Shown here: piece by piece, positions 1 through 9,643 of the stretch
Numbering within the stretch: position 1 is the stretch's first letter
Layout of the letters: every line of letters begins with the position of its first letter
Virus record (IMG/VR): IMGVR_UViG_2802429245_000015
Source of the DNA: a virus
Lineage: Duplodnaviria > Heunggongvirae > Uroviricota > Caudoviricetes
Length of the DNA stretch: 35,147 nucleotides
Direction: 5' to 3' (one strand)
Program-made: the position numbers and the translations under genes
The notes under the pieces: generated by a model
Told to the model about the DNA's origin: nothing
The model's input: only the letters and a program-made list of their open reading frames with translations
The model's database searches: none

Positions 1-738
1 TCACTTCGGGTATGGCTGAATCCTGAATAGCTTGGTGTTTAGGCGCTTTTTTGCACGCTTATTCAGGAATCTGATGTAGCGATATTGATTAAATTTGTGT
101 ACCACGGCCCGCTCCTTATTAGCCCGCAAATACACGCCTCGTTGCCCTCCACGCTTAATCGCGTTCATCGTTATCTCGTGATACCACTCGCCGTCCAGCT
201 CGTAGAACGTGCTTTCATGGCTGCCAATAAAATCAAAATTCGACGCCTGATATACCACGCCTGCACGTCCGCAACGTTCGTCTGCAAAGGACTGAACCCA
301 CTCCACTGACGGATACAGTAACCTGATGGTTTTCAGCGCGTAGCTGATGGCCCGTGATTCAGAGTTGCGGGGCATGTCATCGTGTAACCACATGCGGTTC
401 AGTTCCATATAGCCCCGGTTATCCGTTTCAAGCACGACCCGGCGCCCTGAGTTGGGGTTAAGGGCATATCCCCACTGAAGAACACCAACCAGATCACGTC
501 CGCTGAATACGCCCAGATGCAGGTAGGAGTTATTCACAAAACGGCGGGAATAATGCTTTGTCTGAATGATTGTGCGGGCCAGCCAGCAGGATATGGTTTC
601 AACACGCAGCTCCTTTGAACCATAACCGACAATACGGCCTTCATACTCAATAACGCAGGGTTTTGTCAGAATGCGTGATTTCTTCTCTTTTCCCACAATA
701 CAGCTCCGTGGGATGCTCTTTGGCATTCGATATGACAA
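1..738 (-). CDS. mom: Mom-like DNA modification protein (anti-restriction adenine modification); true start probably downstream of 738
   Basis: 245-codon ORF with its stop at 1-3; begins inside the 3' end of com, as mom overlaps com in Mu; last gene of the late region. Assigned by synteny and size, not by a recognised motif. Confidence 0.6.
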   Translation of the reverse strand: MSYRMPKSIPRSCIVGKEKKSRILTKPCVIEYEGRIVGYGSKELRVETISCWLARTIIQTKHYSRRFVNNSYLHLGVFSGRDLVGVLQWGYALNPNSGRRVVLETDNRGYMELNRMWLHDDMPRNSESRAISYALKTIRLLYPSVEWVQSFADERCGRAGVVYQASNFDFIGSHESTFYELDGEWYHEITMNAIKRGGQRGVYLRANKERAVVHKFNQYRYIRFLNKRAKKRLNTKLFRIQPYPK

Positions 739-832
739 TGTAACGTTTACAGCGAGGACATTTAATTTCTATATGCTTAAAACCTCCTTTAAACAGTAAT
801 TTATTGCAGTTTTTACAGCGAACAGAGTCCAT
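647..832 (-). CDS. com: Com zinc-finger translational activator of mom
   Basis: ATG at 830-832 preceded by GGGGGA; product [61 protein letters not shown] closely matches remembered Mu Com (CxxC...CxxC finger, ...HCGKRE.ITHSD..RY). The track ORF 647-859 carries a 9-aa N-terminal extension. Confidence 0.8.
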   Translation of the reverse strand: MDSVRCKNCNKLLFKGGFKHIEIKCPRCKRYIVISNAKEHPTELYCGKREEITHSDKTLRY

Positions 833-955
833 GATTCCCCCTGTGTAATAACCAGACATGAGCGCCCGGAGGGCTGGGGGTATTTAATCACAACCGATGC
901 AAACCGACGATCGATATGATGTTATCGATCGTCATAAACTATACAAACTGATTAT
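833..955 (-). promoter_or_regulatory. com-mom promoter region with a dyad carrying two GATC (Dam) sites
   Basis: Non-coding gap upstream of com. Perfect inverted repeat gacgatcgata (906-916) / tatcgatcgtc (923-933) with GATC at 909-912 and 927-930. Confidence 0.5.
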
Positions 956-1531
956 TTAATCACCGACAGTTAACGCTCTCACCTCGTCCAGTATGGACAG
1001 CTGGGAAAGCTGCTCCTTCATTTCACGCTGGCGCTGATAAATCTCGTCATTGCGATCGACCTGTGCCTGCGCCATTGCTGTCGCCAGTTCTTCCAGTTCC
1101 TGTATCGACAGTTTCACCTGTTGATTATCGGCGTCACCCCACGTCATAACGTCGCGTGCCATATCGGATTTTGATGCCATCACCACCGGATAAAGGCGAG
1201 CCAGTGAGTCGGGGCCAGCGTTCCAGGTATGACCGTTCCATTCGAACGTGAACGGCTGCGCTTCCTGCTCTGTTCGCCACGCCTCGATTTCCCGTTTTTT
1301 GGCATCTTTTGCCGCTGCGATAAGTTCCGGCGTGACGGTGAACGGGGCGATTTCGCCCCATTTGCCGCTCTGTAACTCTTCCCAGATGCGCTGGCCTGTC
1401 GGGGCGCTATCGTCCTGCATGGCGGTATACGGGACGAATTCCCTTTCACCTTCAAATAGCACCTCGCAGTCAACCGCACCATTTTCGAGATAATGCGCGT
1501 TTCTGATGCCTTTTACCGCTCTGATTTTCAT
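956..1531 (-). CDS. tail fibre assembly (chaperone) protein
   Basis: 191-aa ORF directly downstream of the large tail fibre gene; position and size typical of fibre chaperones. Confidence 0.55.
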   Translation of the reverse strand: MKIRAVKGIRNAHYLENGAVDCEVLFEGEREFVPYTAMQDDSAPTGQRIWEELQSGKWGEIAPFTVTPELIAAAKDAKKREIEAWRTEQEAQPFTFEWNGHTWNAGPDSLARLYPVVMASKSDMARDVMTWGDADNQQVKLSIQELEELATAMAQAQVDRNDEIYQRQREMKEQLSQLSILDEVRALTVGD

Positions 1532-1545
1532 GTTTTATTTCCTCG

Positions 1546-4500
1546 TTACTCGATGCGCACAAACAGGCAGATACGACCGCTTGTTCCGTAAGAGTCCCTG
1601 ACCCCGGATAACGCCATATAACGCCCCGGGAAAGTGTACCCTGTAGCTCCTGCACTCGGTGTGGAACCGTAGGAGCCAGCCCCCGCAGAAGATATTGTGC
1701 ACGAAAGATTAACTCCGCCCAGTTGTGACCCTGGCACCACATCACCCAGGCCAATTTTGATTTCTTTATCCCCGGAAGTTGTTCCGCGATAAACAGCAAG
1801 CACCGGAACACCCACTGCCGGGTATTTGAAATATGAGCCTGAGCCTGCTGTCCGGGACAGTAAGAACGCCAGCGAATCGCCGTCGTAAATGACAGGGCTT
1901 ACTGTTGCATTCCAGTTGTTTCCACTCCAGCGGTAAGTCAGGCGATGAATACTGTGCTCACCTTCGTAATACTGGTTAAAACACAGCAGCATTTTGAATT
2001 TACGCGTTGTGTCTGATTCATCGTTATCAAAGGGCGACCACATCACATCAATGATGCCGTTAAATTTTGTGGTGCCTGCCAGTAGTGTGGAAGAGTCCGC
2101 AATGCTGACCGCATAACGCCCCGGGGTGGCCTCTTTCAGCCATTCAGCAAAATCGGCCTGTCCGTCAAATGTCAGGGCTTCGGTGCTGGCAAATGCCTGA
2201 CCGAACCCATACATGCCGGACAGTGCCAGCCTGCCCGGTGTGCGGTCGCGGATATCGCTCTGGGGTTCCATCGTCGCAGCCGCTTTCAGTTCAAGCTCCG
2301 TGCGCATGGCTTCTGTCGTGTCCAGCGCCAGTAATGCGCGGGCTTTTTCTGACAGTTGCGCCAGTAAAATCCGGCCCTCTGCACTGAAATAAGGCAGCGT
2401 GTTTTCTTCCGGTGTTATCTGGCTGACAGCCGTTAACACGTCATTAAGCGGCTGTTTACCTGCCAGTGCTTTAGTGACCGTTGTCGCAAAGTTCGGGTCA
2501 TTGCCCAGCGCCGCTGCCAGCTCGTTCAGCGTGTCCAGGGTTTCCGGTGATGAGTCAACCAGCGCGGCGAGCAGTTTGCGGACAAACGCCGCATTGGCTA
2601 TCTCAGTGCCTGCTGCGTCATCCGGCGGGGTTGGTGTTGTCGGCGTTCCGGTCAGCGCCGGGCTTTTCAGTGGTGCGCGGGTTTCAATCAGCGCCCTGAG
2701 TGAAGCCTCATCAACCTTCAGGTTCTCCCACCCAACCAGATAACCACTTCCGGTGTAACGGTTGTAATAAATATGACCGTTAATACCGTAGAAAATAATG
2801 ACCTTATAGGCCTTATCATCGGTCGGGTAGTCATTGGGTGTTGGCCAGATAATTTCAACAACACCACTGAACAACACGCCCTGTATTACTGCTTTTGTAT
2901 CCGCATAAACGGCATAGCGTCCGGGTTTTGCCATTTTTACCCAGCGGAGAAAATCAGCTCCTGTTTTAAACTCGGTCCTGTCGATGCTGGAAAACGCTTT
3001 CCCAAACCCGAACATGCCGGGAATCGCCAGACGACCTTCGGTGCGGTCGTAAATATTCTCCTGCGCATCCTTCTGTGCTGCATTGCCAAGTTGTGGCGTC
3101 AGATTCGTCCAGGTGACCGGGGCGGAGATATTATCGCCACGAACGGTCATAAGAATCCGTCCGTCTTTTCCAAAAAACAGAACCAGCTTTGTTGCTGTCT
3201 GGCTGGTTTTGTCGCCCCAGCCATTATCCAGCCAGATAATTTCTGTTATCCCGGTGGTTTCTTCCGTTCGCGTGGAAAAGGTGTAATACCGTCCCGGGTG
3301 CAGGTTGTGAGCGGTTCTGGCTATATCCGCTATATTGCTGGCAATAATTGAACGTGCTCCGGCGTCCGTCATTCCGTAACCAAATGCACCAGGCAGCGCA
3401 ACGCGACCTTCCGTGCTGTCGTAAAGGTCTGTCTGTATGTCCCTTACCGCTGCGCTTTTCAGCTCAAGCTCATTACGCATGGCTTCCACTGTGGCCTGTG
3501 CCAGCAGTGACCGGGCTTTTTCTGACAGCGGAGACAGTGAAGCATTCCCGTCCTGATTAAAGCACAGAAGGTTATCGGCTCGCTCTTCCAGATTACTGAT
3601 AGCGGTTAACACGTCGCTGAGTGGTTGTTTACCCGCCAGCGCGTTCATGATTGTTGTCGCAAACTCCGGGTCATTGCCCAGCGCCGCTGCCAGCTCGTTC
3701 AGTGTGTCCAGGGCTTCCGGGGACGAGTCAACCAGCGCGGCGAGCAGTTTGCGGACAAATGCCGCGTTCGCCATCTCCAGCCCGGTCGCATCGTCCGGCG
3801 GGGTTGGTGTGGTTGGCGTACCTGTGAACGCCGGGCTGTCCAGTGGCGCTTTTGTTTTCGTCTCGTCCATGACGGTTTTGACGGCTTTTGGCGTGGCTGC
3901 CAGTTCTTCGCTGTCGTTGTCTGTATCACTACAGAGTTGCACCAGACCTTTTTCTGTCGTGGAAGCATTGCTTCCCTTCAGGTCATCAACTATCCGTTGT
4001 GCCTCGTCCCTGTGCTGTTTCGCGCTCTGCTCGCTTTTTGCTGCCGCTTCGGCGCTGGCTTTTGCCTCGCCGGTCAGCGTTGCAGCTTCACCGAGTTTAT
4101 CGACCGCTTTCTGGACTATCTTATCGGCATCTTTGACCGCCTGTTCTGCCCGGGCGGCATTCTGGTTTGTTTCGGAGGCCAGCTCTTCAGCTTTCTGGAC
4201 ATTACCCGCAATTTCTTCTGCATCCTGCCGTATTTCCCCTGCGAGGGTTTCTGTATCCTGGCGGGCCTGTTCAGCAGCGTCCGCATGCTCTCTGGCTTTT
4301 TCTGCGCTTTGCTGCGCCTGTTGCGCCAGTTCCTCGAATTTCTTCAGGGCTTCCGGGCGCAGGTCAATATCGGTTGCCCCCAGAAAATCATTCAGCGAAC
4401 CGTCTGTCGAATCTTCATAAACGCGAATGACACCGATTTCTGAAAGGCGCTGTGTGCTTTGTGTCAGGCGAACGCTGTACACACCCGGCAGAACGGGGAA

Positions 4501-4644
4501 GTCGTACTCCCCGCTCTGTGTGGTGACGTGGCTGAAAACACCTTTCAGAATCCCTGCGCGGTTGTGCAGGGAGGTCAGTGTAATGGTTGCGCCGCCCAGC
4601 GGTTCTCCCGTGGGCGTTTTAATCACACCTTTAAGCTGCGGCAT
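1546..4644 (-). CDS. side tail fibre protein (lambda Stf / P2 H-like), about 1032 aa
   Basis: ATG at 4642-4644 with GGAG 7 nt upstream (track ORF extends 14 codons further). N-terminus MPQLKGVIKTPTGEPLGGATITL...YSVRL...VYEDS resembles the Stf N-terminal anchor domain; Ala/Glu-rich coiled coil; motif TPKAVKTVMDETKTKAPLDSPAFTGTPTTPT...SPEALDTLNELAAALGNDP present twice; three about 110-aa DRTxGRLA.PG.FG.G...PGRY repeat domains. Confidence 0.8.
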   Translation of the reverse strand: MPQLKGVIKTPTGEPLGGATITLTSLHNRAGILKGVFSHVTTQSGEYDFPVLPGVYSVRLTQSTQRLSEIGVIRVYEDSTDGSLNDFLGATDIDLRPEALKKFEELAQQAQQSAEKAREHADAAEQARQDTETLAGEIRQDAEEIAGNVQKAEELASETNQNAARAEQAVKDADKIVQKAVDKLGEAATLTGEAKASAEAAAKSEQSAKQHRDEAQRIVDDLKGSNASTTEKGLVQLCSDTDNDSEELAATPKAVKTVMDETKTKAPLDSPAFTGTPTTPTPPDDATGLEMANAAFVRKLLAALVDSSPEALDTLNELAAALGNDPEFATTIMNALAGKQPLSDVLTAISNLEERADNLLCFNQDGNASLSPLSEKARSLLAQATVEAMRNELELKSAAVRDIQTDLYDSTEGRVALPGAFGYGMTDAGARSIIASNIADIARTAHNLHPGRYYTFSTRTEETTGITEIIWLDNGWGDKTSQTATKLVLFFGKDGRILMTVRGDNISAPVTWTNLTPQLGNAAQKDAQENIYDRTEGRLAIPGMFGFGKAFSSIDRTEFKTGADFLRWVKMAKPGRYAVYADTKAVIQGVLFSGVVEIIWPTPNDYPTDDKAYKVIIFYGINGHIYYNRYTGSGYLVGWENLKVDEASLRALIETRAPLKSPALTGTPTTPTPPDDAAGTEIANAAFVRKLLAALVDSSPETLDTLNELAAALGNDPNFATTVTKALAGKQPLNDVLTAVSQITPEENTLPYFSAEGRILLAQLSEKARALLALDTTEAMRTELELKAAATMEPQSDIRDRTPGRLALSGMYGFGQAFASTEALTFDGQADFAEWLKEATPGRYAVSIADSSTLLAGTTKFNGIIDVMWSPFDNDESDTTRKFKMLLCFNQYYEGEHSIHRLTYRWSGNNWNATVSPVIYDGDSLAFLLSRTAGSGSYFKYPAVGVPVLAVYRGTTSGDKEIKIGLGDVVPGSQLGGVNLSCTISSAGAGSYGSTPSAGATGYTFPGRYMALSGVRDSYGTSGRICLFVRIE
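2423..2677. repeat. internal direct repeat copy 1 inside the tail fibre gene
   Basis: Aligns with 3596-3850 at an offset of 1173 bp (391 codons, in frame). Core 2491-2590 vs 3664-3763 differs at about 5 positions by hand alignment. Confidence 0.85.
3596..3850. repeat. internal direct repeat copy 2 inside the tail fibre gene
   Basis: See copy 1; shared core gggtcattgcccagcgccgctgccagctcgttcag...tcaaccagcgcggcgagcagtttgcggacaaa. Confidence 0.85.
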
Positions 4645-5071
4645 CGGGACGCTCCGGCCAGTTGATGGAATTAAAGGAGGCTTCATCGGTAACGGTGCTT
4701 AAATCCAGCGCCTTCAGTGATTTGATATGCGCCATCCACCGCGCCAGACGGGCTTTATCGTCATCGCTGATGATTCCCAGTTCCAGCTCAGTTTTCCAGT
4801 CGGAGGTGATTTCCCTTGCTTCAGCCAGCAGGTGCTGGCGTTGCGTTTCCGCTTTCTGCTGCCAGTTAATTACGGGTTCTTTTAATACCGGATATCCGTT
4901 TTCGCCAGATACAATAATAAAACCGTCAGTCTGGCCCTGTAACAGTCTCTGATATTCTTCATCCGTGATTTCCTGTAAATCATTCGGCCACGTTCCCGCA
5001 TTTTCATAATCACCCTGAAGGCCAGAATGATAAAAACCGTTTGTTGATGGGCTGAAATAAATAGTCATCAT
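4631..5071 (-). CDS. tail fibre assembly protein (Mu U / lambda Tfa-like)
   Basis: 146 aa; N-terminus MMTIYFSPSTNGFY typical of Tfa chaperones; directly follows the short fibre gene; start overlaps its stop. Confidence 0.7.
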   Translation of the reverse strand: MMTIYFSPSTNGFYHSGLQGDYENAGTWPNDLQEITDEEYQRLLQGQTDGFIIVSGENGYPVLKEPVINWQQKAETQRQHLLAEAREITSDWKTELELGIISDDDKARLARWMAHIKSLKALDLSTVTDEASFNSINWPERPDAAA

Positions 5072-5958
5072 TAATACCCTATCGCTGTCCAGTACATAAC
5101 GCCGTTATTCTCGCTGTTGAATGTCGCACCTGCTGCTGATAACGATTTCAGGGAAATAGAGTAATCAGCACGGGTGTATGCGTTGGTAATAGTGATGCTG
5201 GTACATGCTGACGGAAATGATATCGGAAACGTCAGCCCGGCACTGGCATTGCCGAGATACCCCCACTGAATAATCACCCCGGTGGACGTGTCCTTAAACC
5301 AGCCATTACCGGCTTTTGACGCCGTGTTTTTTTGCTGGTAACGGTTGTCACCTTCAGTTTGTGACATTCCCGCAGAAATCGTGATATCGCGGCTGCCATC
5401 AAACAGCACATTGTTAATCCTGCGGGCCGTCTGAAGGCGGGTTGCCGTTCCGGCGTTGCCGCTGATGTTGTTGATGGTGATATCCGACATCAGAGCCATG
5501 CCGTTGACCTTGCGGGTATTCGGTACGGCATTACTGGCTTTATTTACCGTGTCACGTAATGAAAGCGCATTGATAATTTCATCGGCTGTGGTTTTCCCGA
5601 GAATACCGCGCACAAACGCACTGAGCGGCGTTAATGCCATTGTGTCCTTGCCGGTGAAATACGGGAACGTATTATTCTGACCGGTTAATCCGGCAATAGC
5701 TCCGGCTGAACCACTGTTCGTGATAAACAGCTTTTTCAGCGCCGTCATGATCTGGTCGGTGGTATTTTTATCCGGCTTGATATTTGCCTGCCGGAGAATT
5801 TCCAGCAGTTCAGACTGCACGATATTAAACCAGTCCGGCCCCGGATAGGTGGGTGGAATACCATTCCCGCCTTCGGTGAAATAAAGCGTTGTCTTGCTTA
5901 ATTCAGCCGCGACAGGTGGCATTACCGGTACACCCGTCGGATTATCCACATGAAACAT
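5071..5958 (-). CDS. tail fibre protein (Mu S-like, short, 295 aa)
   Basis: N-terminus MFHVDNPTGVPVMPP...TEGGNGIPPTYPGPDWFN resembles the conserved N-terminal domain of Mu/P2-type fibres; followed by a Tfa chaperone. Confidence 0.6.
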   Translation of the reverse strand: MFHVDNPTGVPVMPPVAAELSKTTLYFTEGGNGIPPTYPGPDWFNIVQSELLEILRQANIKPDKNTTDQIMTALKKLFITNSGSAGAIAGLTGQNNTFPYFTGKDTMALTPLSAFVRGILGKTTADEIINALSLRDTVNKASNAVPNTRKVNGMALMSDITINNISGNAGTATRLQTARRINNVLFDGSRDITISAGMSQTEGDNRYQQKNTASKAGNGWFKDTSTGVIIQWGYLGNASAGLTFPISFPSACTSITITNAYTRADYSISLKSLSAAGATFNSENNGVMYWTAIGY

Positions 5959-5961
5959 AAA

Positions 5962-6546
5962 TTATTCTCCGGTGTAATAATATTCATATTCCGTGCCCGC
6001 CAGCCGGTAATGCTTCAGCAGGCATTCCAGCTCGCGGGTGCGTTCGCTGATTAATGGCGTCATGACGTCATCAATACAGGTAAACCGTCCGGCATCTTTA
6101 TCCGGGACTTCCACTTTCAGCAGCCAGCGATACCGGGCCGGATGCAGCGGATACATACAGTCGCGCAGGCAGTGGTGCGGCAGAACAGCCGTCACCTTAA
6201 TGGTGAAGCCCAGCGCCGCCGCAGCGGCTTCAATCTGCCAGGTTGCCAGCCCGCCTTTGCGGCGGTATTTCTCCACCACGGCCCGGCGGCGGGCTTCCGT
6301 TGTGGTGGCGGCAATTCCGCATTCCGGCAGCGCCAGATATTGCTCCCACTCCGGCAGCAGCTGGAGCGTGGTTTCCGGTCGCATCTCCACATGCAGACGC
6401 GAGGCGTCGTATTCAACGCGGGTTAAACGCTCTGCAAGCGCCCTTAAAAAACGGTTTAAATCCGCGTCGTTATCACGCGGCCATGCCTTACCCCGTGGCA
6501 TGACCTGTTGTAGTGCGGTCAGCCATTCCGTCACGCTGTGAGCCAT
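5962..6546 (-). CDS. baseplate/tail protein (Mu gp48-like by position)
   Basis: 194-aa ORF between the J-like baseplate gene and the fibre gene. Confidence 0.45.
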   Translation of the reverse strand: MAHSVTEWLTALQQVMPRGKAWPRDNDADLNRFLRALAERLTRVEYDASRLHVEMRPETTLQLLPEWEQYLALPECGIAATTTEARRRAVVEKYRRKGGLATWQIEAAAAALGFTIKVTAVLPHHCLRDCMYPLHPARYRWLLKVEVPDKDAGRFTCIDDVMTPLISERTRELECLLKHYRLAGTEYEYYYTGE

Positions 6547-7640
6547 GTCACCTCCCCGATGGTGATAAGCTCATCCACATCACTTGTGGTGTCTTCCCCG
6601 ATGTTGAGGAAGTAATCCGTGATACCGGACGTCATACCGATGGCCGTGCGCAGCGAGGACACCGGCAGCATCTGACCGGGGGCCAGCGTTTTCTGTAATG
6701 CGGTCAGGTTTGCCCTGACGGCGTTCCTGTTCGCCTGGCTGTCCGGTGTCAGGCGGATGGACAGGTCGAGCTTCTTCAGCCTGACCTGCACTGGCCAGAC
6801 CTCGATGCCGCCCGGTTTACCCACCATCACGCCGGTGACCGGGTGTTTGTGGCAGAACAGATACTGCTCCATTGTCTTCAGGTCGTCCCGTGTGGGGATA
6901 ATGTCTTCACGGTCATCATAAAGCCATGCCAGCCCGACCGTGCCGGGGCCGTGCCACGCATCCCATGCCCACGCGCGGCTGACACCCGGCACTTCACGCG
7001 CCCAGATGACGTAATCATGCAGTGCACCGCCCACCGGGGGATTGCGGCGCACATACAGCAGACGGTCCAGCAGCTCTGCGATGGATTCGATGTCTGCGCC
7101 ACCGGTGATGCCACTTTCAGTCACCGCGCCTGTGCTGCCCGTTCCGGGTAGCGGGGATAACAGGGTCAGCACGGCACCGGCAGCAAGATTGCCCGCCACA
7201 CCGGCTTCTTCAGCCTGCACGATGACAGTGACCTCGCCGTCCTGTACCTCGCCGGATGTGAGTACCTGATACACCTGATTTGTGTCGGACTGCATCCGGG
7301 TTTCTGCCGGAATGGGGGACTGACTGGTGAAGGTCACCGGCCCGCTGGCAAAGGTGGCCTGCTTGCGGATAACCCCTTCATACGTTGCTGTTTTGATAAT
7401 GGTTTCATCATCAGACGCGGTGGACGGAATTATCTGGTCCTTAATCCAGCTCTGATGGTCGTATAAATCCCGGACCTGACTGCTGAATGACACGTTCAGT
7501 GCCTGCTCAACACTGACAGGCGGCAGCTTTTGCAGGCCGAGTTCATACGCAATATCTTTTTCGCCGTCGGCAATCAGTTTGCCCAGCGTGGGGATTTCAT
7601 ACGGCATTAATGGTGGCCTCCCATCGGCGGGTGATTTCAA
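6531..7640 (-). CDS. baseplate J-like protein (Mu gp47-like)
   Basis: 369 aa; size and position in the baseplate module. Confidence 0.6.
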   Translation of the reverse strand: MKSPADGRPPLMPYEIPTLGKLIADGEKDIAYELGLQKLPPVSVEQALNVSFSSQVRDLYDHQSWIKDQIIPSTASDDETIIKTATYEGVIRKQATFASGPVTFTSQSPIPAETRMQSDTNQVYQVLTSGEVQDGEVTVIVQAEEAGVAGNLAAGAVLTLLSPLPGTGSTGAVTESGITGGADIESIAELLDRLLYVRRNPPVGGALHDYVIWAREVPGVSRAWAWDAWHGPGTVGLAWLYDDREDIIPTRDDLKTMEQYLFCHKHPVTGVMVGKPGGIEVWPVQVRLKKLDLSIRLTPDSQANRNAVRANLTALQKTLAPGQMLPVSSLRTAIGMTSGITDYFLNIGEDTTSDVDELITIGEVTWLTA

Positions 7641-8049
7641 TTGTGAGCGTGGTTTTGTCCGGGCGGGTTAACACCACCTGAAAGGCAATACGGTCAGGGA
7701 CGATGATTCTGGCCGTGACGGTGGCGTTACGGGCGTAACCGGCCCGCAGCAGCGGTTGCATGGACAGCCGCGCGTAATCTTCCACACGCAGGCGGACATC
7801 TTCCGTCAGCTTTTCACGCTCAAGCAGCCACAGGCGGGAACCCCACGAAAAATCGCTGTACGTGTCGCCCGGCCAGCCGCGCGGGTCGCCAGAGCCGTCA
7901 GGAATGACATCATCGTCATCAGCACGGGCATCGGTGAAAAGGCAGATAAGAACCTGAGTGACCAGCCCCTCATCCAGTGAGAGGCCGTTATGGGTGACGG
8001 TGATGTCACCCCGTGAGAGCATGTTATTCCAGCGGATTCCTGTCGTCAT
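7597..8049 (-). CDS. baseplate protein (Mu gp46-like)
   Basis: 150 aa between the V-like and J-like genes. Confidence 0.5.
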   Translation of the reverse strand: MTTGIRWNNMLSRGDITVTHNGLSLDEGLVTQVLICLFTDARADDDDVIPDGSGDPRGWPGDTYSDFSWGSRLWLLEREKLTEDVRLRVEDYARLSMQPLLRAGYARNATVTARIIVPDRIAFQVVLTRPDKTTLTIEITRRWEATINAV

Positions 8050-8582
8050 ACGGGCGGTGATGTATTCTCATTGTCGCCGTCCTTATGAATATGTTCGCTG
8101 AAAGATTTGCCGTTGATGGTGATGTCTTCAGTAAAATCACAGGGGCCGACGAATTTCATTTGTCCGCTGATGATATTCAGCAATTCGTCGGCAGTGAGAT
8201 TTACCGCTTTCCCTGAAAAGTCTAATTGTTCTCCTGTGATTTCAATGATGCCGCCTTCCTTCAGGGTGATGTGTGATTTGCCGTCCTGGTGATACAGCCG
8301 GACGTCGCCGGGGGACAGCCCTTTCGGGCGACATCGCTTATCCTCCACCGCGATGGCAACCAGCCCGTCACGCCGCCCGCTAACGGCCAGCACTATGGCT
8401 TCAGAACCTTCCGGCGGCACGGATGTAAAACCGTAGTTCTGGAAGCGTTCCACGTCGTCGTCGGTGGCATCTGCCAGCGTCTGGATTTGCAGGTTCTGCC
8501 GCTCCAGACTGTCAGACACCATGCGGACAATGGCACGGTCAACCATCAACCGCAGACGGCGGGCAATGGCGTTTAATCCCAT
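8046..8582 (-). CDS. baseplate assembly/spike protein V-like (Mu gp45-like)
   Basis: 178 aa; position and size. Confidence 0.55.
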   Translation of the reverse strand: MGLNAIARRLRLMVDRAIVRMVSDSLERQNLQIQTLADATDDDVERFQNYGFTSVPPEGSEAIVLAVSGRRDGLVAIAVEDKRCRPKGLSPGDVRLYHQDGKSHITLKEGGIIEITGEQLDFSGKAVNLTADELLNIISGQMKFVGPCDFTEDITINGKSFSEHIHKDGDNENTSPPV

Positions 8583-9643
8583 GTGGCCACCGCCTTTGTT
8601 TTCTTCGTCTTCGCTTTCATTTCCGGCATGTCCAGTGATTCAGGCGGAACCAGCGCCAGAACCGTCATCCGCCCCTGTGCGCCATCCGTCCAGGTCACCC
8701 CGGATATCAGCCAGGTGGTTTTCAGGTTCTGAATGCTGTCGTCGATATCGACAAGGCGGTTGGTCTGCCACAGCGGGCCGCTGTCGCCCTGTTCGCGCCA
8801 GCCTGCCACCGTGATTTCCGTCGTGCGGGATTCCCCCAGCATCCGGGCTTTGTACCATTCCCCGCGAATGCTGGCCCCGCCCACGGTCAGGCTGTCTTCA
8901 TTGACCAGAATGCGCGGGCGGTAACGGTTAATTTCCGGGTCTTCGGTGATGTACTGGCGACCACCCACCATCGAGGCAGGCTGGCTGTCCCACAGTTTGC
9001 CACCGGCACTGGTGGTGCCCTTGATGATGTACTGGCTGTTACGCTCCCGCCAGCTGAAGCGCCCACGGGCAGCGAGGATATTTTTCCCCAGCACCAGTGA
9101 CACACCCGCGCGAACGGAAGAGGCGCGGGTGATAATCAGGTTACCTGCGCCGTCAGACGTCAGCAGAACGCCGCGCTGTTTTGCCAGCCGGTCGAGCAGT
9201 TCAAAGCCCGTTTCACCCTGTTCCAGAACAACGGACGCAAACGCCTCCCCGGTCGGGGTTTCCGTGATGACGGTTATCCCGAACGGGCGGCAGACATCAG
9301 CCGCCACCTGTTCAAGCCGCACGCCTTTCCATTTCCCGGATGAATGCACCACAGAGCAGTCCACCAGGTCACCGGTTTTGTCGCGCCCCATGACGCGGAT
9401 CTCCACGTTATCTGCGTCATAGCTGGGGATAAAATCATCAATATACCCCGTCAGCACGGTATCCGCGCCCAGCCTGACCGTGCAGGGTTGCCCCTCACGA
9501 ATCACGCGCGGTGTCGCCGCTGACCAGCGGGTTGTCACACTGAGATCAAACTCACCGGCAATCGCCTTCAGGGAACGGCTGATGGACATTTCCGTCCAGC
9601 CCTCCCACAATTTGCTGTCAACGGTAAGAATCACGGATTCCAT
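8573..9643 (-). CDS. baseplate hub / tail protein (Mu Q-like)
   Basis: 356 aa downstream of the P-like gene. Confidence 0.55.
   Translation of the reverse strand: MESVILTVDSKLWEGWTEMSISRSLKAIAGEFDLSVTTRWSAATPRVIREGQPCTVRLGADTVLTGYIDDFIPSYDADNVEIRVMGRDKTGDLVDCSVVHSSGKWKGVRLEQVAADVCRPFGITVITETPTGEAFASVVLEQGETGFELLDRLAKQRGVLLTSDGAGNLIITRASSVRAGVSLVLGKNILAARGRFSWRERNSQYIIKGTTSAGGKLWDSQPASMVGGRQYITEDPEINRYRPRILVNEDSLTVGGASIRGEWYKARMLGESRTTEITVAGWREQGDSGPLWQTNRLVDIDDSIQNLKTTWLISGVTWTDGAQGRMTVLALVPPESLDMPEMKAKTKKTKAVATWD

Noticed and set aside
1134-1482. Nested same-strand ORFs inside larger genes (1134-1361, 1180-1482, 1470-1811, 8640-8858, 6192-6416 and others)
   Set aside because: Alternative frames within better-supported longer ORFs; no independent support.
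833-1545. Gin invertase and invertible G segment expected between the fibre genes and com
   Set aside because: Only 97 bp separate the fibre chaperone stop from the track's com ORF, and no recombinase-like ORF exists there; the feature is absent rather than missed.
2423-3850. Fibre-gene repeats as a diversity-generating retroelement target/template pair
   Set aside because: No reverse transcriptase ORF anywhere in the window, and the mismatches are not adenine-specific; better explained as domain duplication.
3647-4420. Long + strand ORFs overlapping minus-strand structural genes (for example 3647-4420, 13524-14219, 18449-19267, 20734-21768, 10373-10939)
   Set aside because: They lie antisense inside well-supported phage genes, have Ser/Ala/Arg-rich low-complexity translations typical of shadow ORFs, and show no RBS/start context; treated as non-coding.
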